From Lytechinus pictus (lineage: Eukaryota), in the NCBI RefSeq assembly GCF_037042905.1, contig NC_087252.1, positions 5,024,001 through 5,088,000 of the forward strand: a DNA stretch of 64,000 nt, read 5' to 3'. The notes beneath the pieces were generated by a model. That model was not told the origin of the DNA, made no database searches, and saw nothing but the letters and a program-made list of their open reading frames with translations. A program made the translations under genes and the position numbers. Positions 1 to 14,200 of the stretch are shown piece after piece. Positions within the stretch are counted from its first letter, which is position 1, and every line of letters begins with the position of its first letter.

Positions 1-11
1 TTGGAAAACGG

Positions 12-406
12 GTATGGTTCCAATTTTCAATTGGTCTAATACCAATTCGCCCATTTGCCAACTGGTCTTTTGCCAACTGGCCATTTGCCAAATGACCTAA
101 TTGCCATTTTGTCCACTCACCATTTCGTCTAATACCCAGTTGGTCCATAGCCATTTAGTCCTTATACAATTTGGTCTAATTAGACTAAGTGATAATTGGG
201 TGAAATGAATGAAAATAAAATAGGTATTAGACCAACTGGTTACGAGGCGAAATGGTCAAAGATGAACGGGTGATTAGACAAAGTGATGATTGGACCAAAT
301 GGCTGATAAACAAAATGTTGATGGACGGAATGGCATGAGACTATAAAACGAAGGTAGACCATATGATAAGTGGACAAGTCGGTAGTAGACAAATTGGCAA
401 TTTACC
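12..406. repeat. Dispersed palindromic repeat built from TTGGTCTAAT/ATTAGACCAA-type units
   Basis: Homologous to 22725-23145 and 25544-25816. Confidence 0.65.
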
Positions 407-796
407 TTTATATAGGCACACCCCAATAGAGCGTGCATACACTATTTTGTATGCGACAACACAATGAGGAATATGGACAAAAAATAAGTTTAATGCTTAA
501 TATGTGAATGAAAGGCTTGATGAAGATCTCATCTGGTGTTATTGGACAGGAGCCTGCAAAGTTTGTTGACCTCTGATCCTTGACTCCACCTAATGAGCAT
601 TACAGTGCAGTCTTGTTAAGTGAGTCATGATAATGACCTTCACTGCCACATCAAGCTGGTTACAAGGTATATAGAAGCAAGCAAGTCATCAACAGGTTTC
701 CATGTATAGACTGATTCAAATATGAAACTTTAATAAATGTATTTCAATAGAACTTCTTTAAGAAACACAAGGATGGTAAGAGTGGGAGGGGGCAAT

Positions 797-1224
797 TAAG
801 ACACCATTCTCACTACCTTCCTAAAACTAGTTAAACGTGTAATGAGAACGGTCGAAGCGATCTTCCAAACCGTTTCATAAAACCACCTCGCGATGTAGTT
901 TTCAAGATCGCTTTGCCTCGTTAAACTGATTTTAGCGTAAGTGAGGACACAACCGTTGTTCTGGAAGCGATCTTTGCAAATTTTGAGCGCGCTACTCCAC
1001 ACGACAGGTGTAGAATGCCTAGGCTGCGGTTTCAAATTTTGCGTGAAACGTGTCACCCCACTGAGAGCATTTCCGTAGCAACAAGATCGCTTTATGTGAA
1101 GTGATTTTGAAAACCACTTTCCTGTGATCAAATGGGAACGCAAGCAAAGCGATCTTCCAAACTTGTTTCCTGAACCTCTTTCCAGTAAACTAGTTTTAGA
1201 AAGCATACTGAGAAAGGTGTCTTA
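797..1224. mobile_element. MITE with TIR TAAGACACC(A/T)TTCTCA
   Basis: Terminal inverted repeats; internal repeated AAGCGATCTT motif. Confidence 0.7.
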
Positions 1225-1883
1225 CTTTATTAAGTTATTGACCTACGACCTCAGTAGCTTTAGTTATAACCTATTCTGCATGTTTTCTGTCTGAATCAAA
1301 CCTGTCTTTAAAAAATAGAATTCAAGATAGCAGAAAACCCTAGATTAATATGAGGTTCAAGGTACTACAAACAGGAGGTGATGAACCCTGAAAAGAACCT
1401 ATTTCCTCTTAAGGCAATATCTTTTTCTCCTTTATATAATCTCCCAAAAAATTGCCCCAATTAAAAAAAAAACTTTTCTAAGTATGTAATATTTTCATCT
1501 TTCCTTAACCAGCAAAAACTTCGGTCTCTTTTGTATTGCCCATGTTCACAAAGTAATTGCGCGCCCCCTCCCTGGAAAGTTTGTAGTTGAGTAGATATCC
1601 CATAGAAATATGCGTTTAGATTTAAAATATTTTTTTTTCAATATCATGATTGAAAGGAGTATAATTAAACAAAATTGCAGGCATTTAACCCCATGTATGT
1701 CTAAAAGTTTTAATTTTCAATGTTAAGTTTTTAAATCAGCTGAGATTGAAGAGAAACATATTTGAGCATTTTCCTATTGTAACATAAGATAATGATTATT
1801 CGAGTGAATACAAGAAAGAATCTAGGGAGTTAAAATGGTCCTAAATAAGGATGATTTTACAACCAAATTTAGCTCTAACTTAC

Positions 1884-2201
1884 GTTGCACATCAAAGGTC
1901 AAGCTTGACGTCATTGGCTCAGTAAGAGCTGCATTTGATGCACGGCACTCATATAACGGCCCGTGGTCTATCAGTCCAGGCGTCACGGTAAGCTCACTGA
2001 CAGCATCCCAAAGCTTGCCAGAGACATCATTGGCTGCTCGTCCTGAACTGTATACGGCGCCCTCTAGGGGTTCGTTATCACGGAACCATTCTATGGTGGC
2101 AGCGGGGTTGGCAGCGTTGGCATTGCAGGTGAGGTTGACTTGCTCCGTGACCTCGACAGACATCGTTGGACTGCCATCAAGGGACACGGAACCCGGTGGT
2201 C
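1884..2201 (-). CDS. KIRREL-like exon, Ig2
   Basis: RPPGSVSLDGSP...NLTCNANAANPAATIEWFRD...YECRASNAAL; GT-AG. Confidence 0.9.
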
Positions 2202-5200
2202 CTACAATCAGAGAACATCATCAAGACTTTGAAGCATTTTTATTTTACATGAACGCTCAACATTTTCCAAGCCCTGGTAAGTGTTTCTTAATGCTGTTCA
2301 TAAGTTAGGTGTGATGCTACGAATCAATGGTGATCATTTTTTTAGGCGCTGAATCAACATAAATTAAAATTTTATGTATATCATTAACCACAAGAAAGGA
2401 TCACCAGTCGTTGTATAGTAGCTCGTAACTTATGAACAACGTTATGAAACACCTACAAGTTGAGCATTTCACTGAAAATTGTTATAAGTTACTGAAATCC
2501 TTGCATCTGATTGGCTGAGGGAAACTTTCTCAGTGAATCCCCGACAAGATCCTTCATGACATGCTCCCTATGTGGTACAGGAGAATCTTAGGCAGACACA
2601 GAGTTGGAGGGTCAAACCACTGTCAACACACAATGGCCTGCCCTCTAATATTTTGTGGAATCATTGTAACAAGGCTCTGCAGCCATCACAACCAAGATTC
2701 ATATGGTAGTCACTATAATGACACAGGTACCAGTCGTAGGTCTTAACAAAATGACTCCTGAGTGGTGTTTCACAAACGATAAGTGTGACTTAGAGTCGTG
2801 CTTAAATTCCCAGTTGTGTCCAAGTACAGGTCATATCATGCTAGAGGATGCATGCAGTATGTATTAATCAATAAGATTGCATGTTACATATCATGTGAGA
2901 TTCAGCATTTAAGCAGGACTCTATTAAGTCAAACTTAATGTAAGTCTTTATGAAACACCCTCTTGAACTTTCATACACCACTGTGGCTGACTTACTCTGG
3001 ACGGTTAGTTTGGCCGTATTGGATTTGAGTCCCTCATCCGTAGCACTTGGTGTCACCTGGCACTGGTAAAGACCATCGTCCGCCAGGGTAACATCTACGA
3101 TCTTCAGGTTATACTCTCCGGCTGAGGCATCTCCTACGATGGAATAACGGGAGCGGCCGGGAATGTTGACATCTTGGTCCGACCCGATGTGCTCGCCATC
3201 TTTGATCCAGAAGAGTTGGCCGGTTTTGCTGGCTACCGTGCAGTGGAGGGTGACGGAGCCGACACCGGAGTTCACAGCTGTTTCCGCAGGTTGTTGGGTT
3301 AGACTCTGGGTGGCAGAAGCTGACAATGAAAAACAGAGCTAGTGAATTATGTCTATTTGCATCTGTACCACAACCAATAAAGAAAATAGACAAGATGATT
3401 TCCTCCTAGAATAATGTAGACAGCTACATTGTAAATGGTTATTATAAACACTACGAATTACAAGCCGACTATATTCCTTCTTTAAGAATGGAGCAGTTTC
3501 AGATAAAACCTATACTTTTCAAAATAGGCCTCTATACATGTACATTGCAGTCTATTCCATTGTCATTCTGCTATAAATATTTCGTGAAAATGTGTCAAGT
3601 ACAGATTGTCTCATTTTATTTTATATTACAAAATCAGTAACAGAGCCTTTGTCAAGACAGACCATTGAAATCATCAAAAAAGTCTTCTTTCGTCCCTGAC
3701 AGGCAAAGCTGTTTATTTTGCTGTTGTTTACAATATATTTGTTTAAATTCATTTTCCTTTCTCTCTCTCTCTTTCTTTCTCATACTACCCTTTTTTAGAG
3801 TGCTAAGAGACTTAACTGTAATTTGCGATATCTAAAAACTGAGTATCATTATTAAAAATAAGCAATAATATTCATATTTTATAATGTAGGACTGAGTTAT
3901 ATGAAAAATTAAATGCTTATCAATAAACGGACGGTAAGGATTAAAAGGCAGGGTTTTAATAAACAAGTGGAATGCCTCTGGCCGTCTCACCTGCATCACG
4001 CGATTCAATATAGCAGCAGTGCTGATTTTGAAAACTACTATAACTCGCACAAGATGTTCAGTGATACTTGGTTACTCTGTTTTCCACGTTTTATGAACTA
4101 GACCAATACACTTATAGAGATATGATGGCAATTCAACAAATACCCCCAACGTGGCCAAAGTTCTTTGACCTTACATGACCTTTGACCTTGATCATGTGAC
4201 CTGAAACTCGCACAGGATATTCAGTGATACTTGATTACTATTATGTCCAAGTTTTATGAACTAGACCAACACACTTTCAAATTTATGGCTGTAATTCAAC
4301 AAATACCCCAATTTGGCCAAAGTTCATTGACCCTAAATGACCTTTGACCTTGATCATGTGACCTGAAACTTGCACAGGATGTTCAGTAATACTTGATTAC
4401 TATTATGTCCAAGTTTCATGAATCAGATCCATAAACTTTCAAAGTTATGATGGTAATTCAACAGATACCCCCATTCGGCCAAAGTTCATTGACCCTAAAT
4501 GACCTTTGACCTTGGTCATGTGATGTGAAACTCATGCAGGATGTTCAGTGATACTTGATTAACCTTATGTATAAGTTTCATGAACTAGGTCCATATATTT
4601 TCTAAGTTATGATGACATTTCAAAAACTTAACCTTAGGTTAAGATTTTGATGTTGATTCCCCCAACATGGTCTAAGTTCATTGACCCTAAATGACCTTTG
4701 ACCTTGGTCATGTGACATGAAACTCAGGCAGGATGTCCAGTAATACTTGATTAACCTTATGGCCAAGTTTCATGAACTAGGTCCATATACTTTCTAAGTT
4801 ATGCTGTCATTTCAAAAACTTAACCTCAGGTTAAGATTTGGTGTTGACGCCGCCGTCGCCGTCGCCGCCGCCGCCGCCGTCGCCGTCGCCGTCGGAAAAG
4901 CGGCGCCTATAGTCTCACTCTGCTATGCAGGTGAGACAAAAATCCCCCCCCCCAGTTTCTGAAATTTCACATCTTAACATCCATCACATGGCCATTTTAT
5001 TTTCAATTCAATTCATTTAAATCTATTTTTCTCAGTATAAAATCAACAATATGAATAGTACAAACATGACATAAATCAAACAGCAACTTATAGTATAAGT
5101 GACTTATCGTAAAGTATTATACTGAAAGGGTAGCAGCCAAAAAGAAATCAACCTTTCTACGGCTAACTCATATTTCCTTGAAATTATTTTGATTTAGTTC

Positions 5201-8200
5201 GAAATTATCAAGATAAAGAAGAACATTCCCTTCTTGTTTGACTCTAATACCCCTTTCATAAACCCAATAAAACCTATCCTCCAATTAGCCGCCTAAGAGT
5301 AATATGCGGATAATTCAATAAAAATTGTGTTCACAAACTCCGAAAATTATCCGCATTATTTTTACTAGCGCCCGTCCTGAAAAAGGCGGATAATCGTCAT
5401 GACAACTGGACACGCCCCCTCCGATGCGGTTGTGTTGGAAAAGGGCGACCTTGTGACCGCACCATGGCAATTATCCGCATTATTTGGAAATACGTTCATA
5501 AACTCAAAATCTTGTCCCGATGCCGCTATTATGCGGATAATAGCAGCATCAGAATAATGCGGATAACTCTTGTCCTCCTCTGATTTTACGACCAAATTAT
5601 GCTGCTATTAGCCGCATAATTGGGTTTTATTGGGTTTATGAAAGGGGTATTAAACATTGTTTTCAGTTGATGTCAAACCAGAGATCTACTAACTTGAATG
5701 TCTCCAAGCAAAACACAACTTAAAATTACAATTTATTCCAATGGATTAGCCAAGAATAAGATTTATATTCATTGATATTGAACTTATTTTATATGCCTTG
5801 GGGCTCCTCTTCTCAATATGAAAAAAAAAAGAGATTGTATCATCTTTAAGATGGACATGAATATTAAACAAGAATAACATTTCCTTCTGTACCACCCTAG
5901 AACTTGAAACAAATTCACTACTTTAATTTTCAGGAAGAAATAACCACTGAATGAGAAGACTATCAGCAAAGAGGCTTGTAAAGTTTGGGAGAAGCTGTTA
6001 CACTTCATCACTGAGTTGTTTATACTTCAAACCTGTTTTGTTTGTGACAAAGTATGGCTATAGGCAATTGAAGGAAGGTCAAATTCCATAGTTTGTCTTC
6101 AATATCCACTTTAAATCTGCTGAAGAACTTGAGCATTTCTTTCAGTTTTCATTAAAGTTGTCTTCCAAGATGCTTTATAATCAGAGTGCATGGATATCTT
6201 AATTTTACTCTGGAACAAGCCAAATATTAAAAAGACTTGGACTTAACTGGACTTGGAAAATTACTGATTGATCATATACATGTACAATTGATTGTTATGA
6301 TTGTCTGTAAAGAGTGATCAAGGAAAATCAATATTTTCAAAGGTCAAGTCCGCCCCCAAAAATGTTGATTTGAATATTAGAGAAAAATTAAACTAGCATA
6401 TTAAACACTGAAAATTCATCAAATGGATGTAAAAGAAGAAAGTTTAAAGACATTTTAAAGTTTCGCTTATTTTTCACAAATTCCACATGTTCAGGGAGGC
6501 GGAGGAATAATTGTTAATTCACAGTTTGGCAGTGAGGAAAGAAAAAAATTATTTCATATTTCGCATAATAAAATACAAAAGAAATAGTGAGTGGATGATG
6601 TCATCAGTCTCCTCATTTGCATACTGACCAGGATGCGCAACTGTTTTGTGAAATTACGCAAATCTTTAAAATGTCATAATAACTTTCTTATTTTACATTC
6701 GCTTTTGGTGAAATTTTCAGTGCTATGCTTGTTGGATCTTTCTCTTTTTATTCAAACCAACTTTTCATTGGGATGGTGTCCTTTAAGGCGCCAATTCAGG
6801 GTCAATTGCTACGATGAGTGTAAAGGGGGGGGGGGGTCAAGATTGGAACTCATCCCCTTTATTACTGTGATTATGAGCCTTCATTGGTGTTCCTCTCAAT
6901 ATTGATTTGAGAAATGACACCAGTCTCAAACAATTGAAACCAAACAGTCTCTGAAGATTTCATGTCACATTCAAGGGAAAGTCCAGTCAGTCAAACCCAG
7001 CTGGTTTGCAGAGAAGTGGAAAAATAGAGGAAGAGCAAACTTTCATTTATTTGAGAAAATTATTAAACTAGGGTCAAGGAATTTCGTTGTTGAATACAGA
7101 TGAACCCCTGCTCCCTCAAACCTGGCGACTCTGTCATGCATCCTATAGTGGGCTACTTATTTCATTATTTTCATATCAATTGTTTTTATCAGTGAATGAA
7201 TAATACAATTTGTGGTTTAGAGTATACTTTTCAGTTGTAATAACTTTAAACATTTTACTCATAATATGTTATCATCTTATTTATGCATTGCCTTCAGAAA
7301 GATATTGATGTTATTTGTTATCATGATTCTGTGACATCGATGTTATTTTTTTATCTGATTCTGTTTTCATCATCAGGTCATTGATGAAAAACAGCTTTTT
7401 ACCCAAATAAAATTATTCTCATAAAACAATTTTGTCAGCTCCTGCTGAAATTAGTTGCAGCCTATGCCCATCTATAATTTAGAAATATTCTTCACCCTAA
7501 AAAAATTCATGTATGTATCATTTTACAAATCTGCAACCCTCAATAACCATTAATAATTTACCAACCTACAACACCTAATGATATAGCGGTAGGAGTCAAA
7601 CAAGAATCATTGTGTTATGTTATGTAATCACTTTTACTTTACCCATGTACCTCCAAATGGTGGCAGCAGTGGGATCATGAAACACTCACAAAAAATTACA
7701 TCAAACCATGGACCTACATAGTAGGTCCATGATCAAACTGACTACTTGAACCAAAATACATGTACATTGTAGTTCTTTGGGTTCAACACTCACAGGTTTC
7801 AAAACTGAATGTCAATCTTATTTTTTATTTTCATTTAGGTATGGACCTCTCCTTTTAACAGTTTTTGATCGTTCTTATTTCCCCACATTTAGGCATGGAC
7901 CTCTCCTTTAAAACAGTTTTTGACACAATCAATGTCAATGTTTATCACTCATGAATCAAGTCCCAGCAGGACAATTAGATTCCTGCAGAGAGACTGGTTT
8001 GATAGTCTAGTCTTGATAGATCATCTACCCAGCAACTCACAGCCAAGATCTGTGTTCATGTTTTAAAAGTGTCTGTGACGCTGTGAAACCACTCTCACAA
8101 TATGATCTAGTTTAGCTGCTTTGGACACAGCATGAAATTTATAAACAGCTTCATCATTTATACTCATGATTACAAGAGTAAACATGTAGTGGTACACCCA

Positions 8201-11200
8201 GTGGCGTACCTAGGATTTTCCAGAGGGGGGGGGGGGGCAAAATCGGCCGCCAAAAAAATTGACAAGCAAAAAAAAGAAGAAAAAAAGAAAAAAAAGAAGA
8301 AGGTCTTCAAAGCTCGTCAGGGGGGGCAGTGATATGTATTTTGTATGGGTTGTGGCTCGTCAGGGGGGGCAGAGTGCCCCCTGCCCCCCCGTAGGTACGC
8401 TAGTGGGTACACCTGTAGGGGCTTTCAGACCAACTGGAAAACTGAGATAACCTGGCATTCTCTCTACCCTGATCCCATCTCCATGATCAAAATTTGAGGA
8501 ACAATAAAGCTGAACATTTCACTGAATCAGATGTAAAATAAGAAAGTTACATAACATTCAAAAGTTTTTTTTCTCAAAACAATATATTAGGCCTACAGGT
8601 ACATGTATGCTATACGTGTATAAAGGAGGGGGGGGGGTGATATTAAATGTATACTACATTTTTACACATACATGTAATTACAAAGGATTATATGATTTCC
8701 CATTTTCCATTGCTCTTGATATGGGTTAATATCCTGTCAAGGTAGGTATTCTTCTCTCTTATTGTATTTTATATCCTGTGATATTCTTGACGAAGAACAT
8801 CAATCAATAAATATGCTGACAAAACTGTCAACATGTACATGTAGGCCAATAAAAATCATCATCACTGTTCTGAATCTGATCAATATCTCACAATTCTGTA
8901 ATCCATTCTCTCTTTATATTTTATGTTTTCATGAACAATAAAGTCAAATCAAATAGCGGTACTTATGAATTATTACAGGGTATGCATTTCTCTTTCATGG
9001 AATTTGAAAAGGGCTCTGGTCTTTTGGTTTGGCACCGACTTTGTATCTCCATTCCATCTACCATGCTTCCTTGAAAATGAAAGCGCCTTTATTTGGGGGG
9101 GGGGGGGAGGAGCAAACTTTCATCTTATTGTTACTATGCCAACCAGGGCAATAGGTTGGTAGATAGGAGACAGTTATCCAATGTCAAAGGTCAAAGAGCG
9201 TTCACTGAAGGAGCTTGTCAACAGCTCCATGCTCCTTCAGTAGTCTTGATAATCAGACCTATTAAACCAATCACTTGCAAGACTTCAGTTCTGGGAAGAA
9301 GAGAAATACTAAATTTGGATATCACCAGCAGATAGGCTAAGCAAAATATTCATGACATCACCATTTTTTTTTAATTCATTAAAATGTAAAATATCTATTT
9401 TTTGTCTCATTACAATGTGAAACAAGGTTTGATTCCTCTCTGATCATTTAGAGAGTTGTGTCATTCTTGCGACCTATTGTGATTCATAAAGATGTTCCTT
9501 ATTGTCCAATCTGCAAAAATTGAAACATTCTGTATTTCATACACATATGTGTAAGGTATTTTAAAGAAACAGTAAACATCAATGCTCTCATTTGTATCAC
9601 TGTGTGGTGCATATTGGACTTGCTAAATTCTTTTTGTGAAAAATATGCAAAACTTTAGAATACTGTTCATAAAAACTTTCTTCTTTTACATCTAATTTTT
9701 AAGATATTTTCAGTGCAAAACTTTAGATTACTCTTCATAAAAACTTTCTTCTTTTACATCTAATTTTTAAGATATTTTCAGTAATGTATTATTTTTTTCC
9801 CTCTTTTCATTAAATTCCACTCTTGTTGGAGTGGACTTGATGTGAGCGAGAACACTTGATGTACACATCCTGCATGCATTAGGCCTCAATAGGGATTTTG
9901 TCACAGCTTTGAGCAAACGAGTCTGGGTAAAGTAAGACTATGGATGCGCTGAGGTATGTTCCTTCCAAAGATTTATGGGAGAGTTGTATTTGGATCAAGG
10001 TAGGATGAATTACTCCATGTTGTACATGAAGTTTGATGGATGGTGTTCAAAGGAAGAGGCATGTTTATAAACTTATAGCCTACATGTATTGCATCATTTG
10101 TATTCTTTTCTGTATTTTCTGAAATGAAAAGAGAAATACATGTACAGAGTATTTATTATGTGCTATACAAAAGAACTGACTATTCTTACTATCATAATTA
10201 GTATTAATAAGTTGATTTGTTTCATCATCACCATGAGAAAAAGGAACAAACCAATTCATCATCAGTTGTGTGAAGTTATCCCCCTCTTTTTCTATATTGT
10301 TTACAGTATTGAATTTGAAAATTGAAGTCTTGATTGATAGCATAAGATTTAGGGCTAACTATAGATAGTCTTGTTTTCTGTTTTTCTGTTTACCAGATTG
10401 TAAAAAAACCCAAAACAAAACAAAATAGACTATTAAACTTTTCTTTTATTCCATTGTTTATTCCTGACCTATATGTACAAGCATAATAGGCCTATTGCCA
10501 TTGGTGGCTTTTACAGTACTAGGGCCTACATGTATCTCTGTATCGCCCAAAGGCCAAACATTTTAATGTAGGCCTATACAAAGGTCCCTTCTGGTTCAAA
10601 AATTCCAAATTTTCCTCTGCCCTTCTCAAGTAATGTACAAATTAATAATCATAACAAGTGGAACGCCTCTGGCAGTCTCGCCTGCATTACGCAATTTAAC
10701 ATAGCAGCAGTGCTAACTTTGAAAACTACTATGAAATAATCATTCACAAAAACACCATTCATATAATGATATAATACCACGTTCATTGACCATAGATGAC
10801 ATTTGAACGGTGACTTAAGACTTGTCAACTACACCCATGTCCACATTTCATTCATTCTCTATCCATAAACTTTCAAAGTTATGATGGCACTTCAACAATT
10901 ACCCCAACATGGCCTAAGTTTATTGACCTTAACTGACCTTTGACTTGGTCTTGTGACCTGAAACTCACAGGGGATGTTCAGTGAAGCTTGATTACTCTTA
11001 TATCCCAAGTTTTATGAACTAGATCCATAAACTTTCAGAGTTAGGATGGTAATTCAACAAATACCCCCAACACGGCCAAAGTTCATTGACCTTTAATGAC
11101 CTTTGACCATGGTCATGTGACCTGAAACTCGTACAGGATGTTCAGTGATACTTGATAACTCTTATGTCCAAGTTTTATGAACTAGATCCATAAACTTTCA

Positions 11201-14200
11201 GAGTTAGGATGGTAATTTAACATATACGCCCAACACGGCCAAAGTTCATTGACCTTAAATGACCATTGACCATGGTCATGTGACCTGAAACTCACACAGG
11301 ATATTCAATGGTATTTGATTAACCTAATGTCCAAGTTTCATGAACTAAATCCATAAATTTTCAAAGTTATGATGGTAATTCAACAAATACCCCCAACTTG
11401 GCCAAAGTTCATTGACCCTAAATGACCTTTGACCTTGGTCATGTGACCTGAAACTCAGGCAGGATGTTCACTAATACTTGATTAACCTTATGTCCAAGTT
11501 TCATGGACTAGATTCATAAATTTTCAAAGTTATGATAGTAATTCAACAAATGCCCCCAACTTAACCAAAGTTCATTGACCCTAAATGACCTTTGACCTTG
11601 GTCACGTGACCTGAAACTCGAGCAGGATGTTCACTAATACTTGATTAACCTTATGCCCAAGTTTCATGAACTAGGTCCATATACTTTTTAAGTTATGATG
11701 TCATTTCCAAAACTTAACCTTCGGTTAAGATTTTGAAAATAATTTTCCCAACATGGTCTAAGTTCATTGACCCTAAATGACCTTTGACCTTGGTCATGTG
11801 ACCTGAAACTCAGGCAGGATGTTCAGTAATACTTGATTAACCTTATTTTCAAGTTTCATGAACTAGGTCCATATACTTTCTAAGTTATGATGTCATTTCA
11901 AAAACTTAACCTTAGGTTAAGATTTGATGTTGACGCCGCCGCCGCCGTCGGAAAAGCGGCGCCTATAGTCTCGCTCTGCTATGCAGGCGAGACAAAAACT
12001 AGAAGTAATTTACAAGTTTCAACTTCCTAATAAAAATATAGAGCAATATTGGAAAGTAGAGCATACAGGGATTCAGGGAATAATTTTCCTGGTATCGCAT
12101 CGCAATTTGCTCTACATTTTTTAAAGACAGCTACGCATGAAGTATTTTGTTTAGCATATTTTTACATAGGATTGTACATTATACTTGAGAAGTTGAGAGC
12201 TTTTCTCTAACATGTATGACCAAAAATGCCATTCAAATTTGTAAAGCAAAATTATTCCCTGGCATAGAAATTTTGAGTTTGTAAGGATGTTGAATGAGTT
12301 TTCAAAATAATACACATTTGAAATTTTTTGGGGGACTTGGGACATTCTACTTGTCTGAGAATCTGAGATGATCCCTAAATTGCCTTAGGGTCCATGTCAA
12401 CTCTTGCTGTTAAGAGTTTACATTTGTGGTTAGCCCCATGCTGTTAAAATCGATAGTGATTTGGAAATCCACAGGTTTTTTGTTGCATAGACAAAATATT
12501 CCTAAAGGACAGATTATGAGATGTATGAAAACAGTATTTCAATCATAAAGATGACAGGTAGAATAAAGGGATAGTCTCAAACTCATCTCTGTAATAACCA
12601 CAAAGCTTTCCTGCTTTTACCTCAGTCACATTTGCTCTACAGCGGCCAAATGGCAAGTCGAAAACAGCCGTTTTAACATTTTTTGTAATAGCTTTATATA
12701 GGTGGTTTGAATAAAAATGAATAAAACGGCTGTTTTCAATTCTCCGAAGAGCAAATGTGACTGAGGTATTTAGTAACAAAGATGATCCCCTCAAACCAGC
12801 CCTGCCTCAAATCATAGTTGATACAAAAATCAAAGTTTTTTGGTATTTTAATAAGAATGAAACCCTTGAATCAGTTGAATTCATATCAAAGAGAAAAATT
12901 TGAGAAAAAAATGAATGATGTTAATTGTTATGAGAGAATTACGAGCAATTGAATATTATTGTCAATGTCTCTGTCAATTAGATCCTCAAATTGGCAATGC
13001 AACCAATATCTTGGGCCTGTTTCAGAAAAGTTAACTACAGTACATTTATTTATTTATTTATTCATTTCTGCATGTCATGACAATGTACATAGTGTGACCA
13101 TCACAACATTAAATACATTAAATTTTACATAGTAATAATGTATAATTATGATCATTTACACAACTGATTAAACCAAGGCTGCAGTACATTAATAGTAACT
13201 TTATCATTCAATGGTAACTTCCTGAAAATCCTTGATTCTGATTGGCTGTTGAGTTTTGTTACCATGGTAGTTGCCATAGAAAGGCAAAGTTATAATACCA
13301 GAATAATACTAGTTTTATGCAACAGGCCCTGTGACGTAAAATACAACTTCCCAAAATATACTTATTTTTAGTACATATGCATATTTCACTTAAATTTTCT
13401 CTTTTATTTAGTCTACACATGAGATAAAATATTATGTAAAATAAAGATCTAATAAGGTTTCACAACATACATGCACCTACATGTACATACCATCATACTT
13501 ATTTTTTTCTCTTAATTCTAGGAGCAGGTGTGTGATACAATAAAAAACATTTTTTTCCAATTTTCTGAGAAAATGACATTTCAAATCCCAATGACTTTTT
13601 ACCAGTGATACACACATGTAGGTTAAAAAAATGCTCACATGCATGTATTTCACATATCAAATAACTAAAATTCAAATAACTTTTTTATTCTTTGATGGAT
13701 TTTCCTCAAACATTCACCAAGGTCCAATATTTTTAATCATTTTTTCTGCTATTTTTTACAATGATTTTCTTTTGTCACGGTGAACTTCCCCTTTAAAAGT
13801 CCACCCCCGAAAAAAGTTGATTTAAATAAATAGAGAAAAATAAAAAATGAATAACGCCGAAAACTTCATCAAAATCGGATGTAAAATAAGAAAGTTATGA
13901 CATTTTAAAGTTTCGCTTATTTTTCACAAAACAGTTCTATGCTCAACTCAGTGATATGCAAATGAGAGAGTCGATGATGTCACTCACTCACTATTTCTTT
14001 TGTTTTTTATTGTTTGAATTATACAATATCTCAGTTTTTACGAATTAGACAATTAGGAACCCCTTGTATTGCTGGAACCACAAAATGTTAAAATAATGGA
14101 ATTGCACGTGTTCAGGTAGGAATGAAACTTTGTTTCACATGACAATGACGAGAAAATCAAAATATTTCATATTTCATATAATAAAATACAAAAGAAATAC

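Noticed and set aside
1835..2308. Antisense ORFs over Ig exons and retroelement genes (also 31088-31492, 59562-60119, 41586-41864)
   Set aside because: Shadow frames of real coding sequence on the opposite strand.
5365..5595. Duplicated 76-77-aa ORF (also 14719-14952)
   Set aside because: Falls inside two copies of the same MITE; no protein features.
9150..9310. Possible extra KIRREL exon (minus-strand acceptor ttcttcccag at ~9291)
   Set aside because: No convincing open frame or donor; exon 1 already joins the Ig1 exon in phase.
10914..11900. Regularly spaced repeats resembling a CRISPR array
   Set aside because: Whole 163-bp units are homologous with no unique spacers; eukaryotic context; no cas genes.
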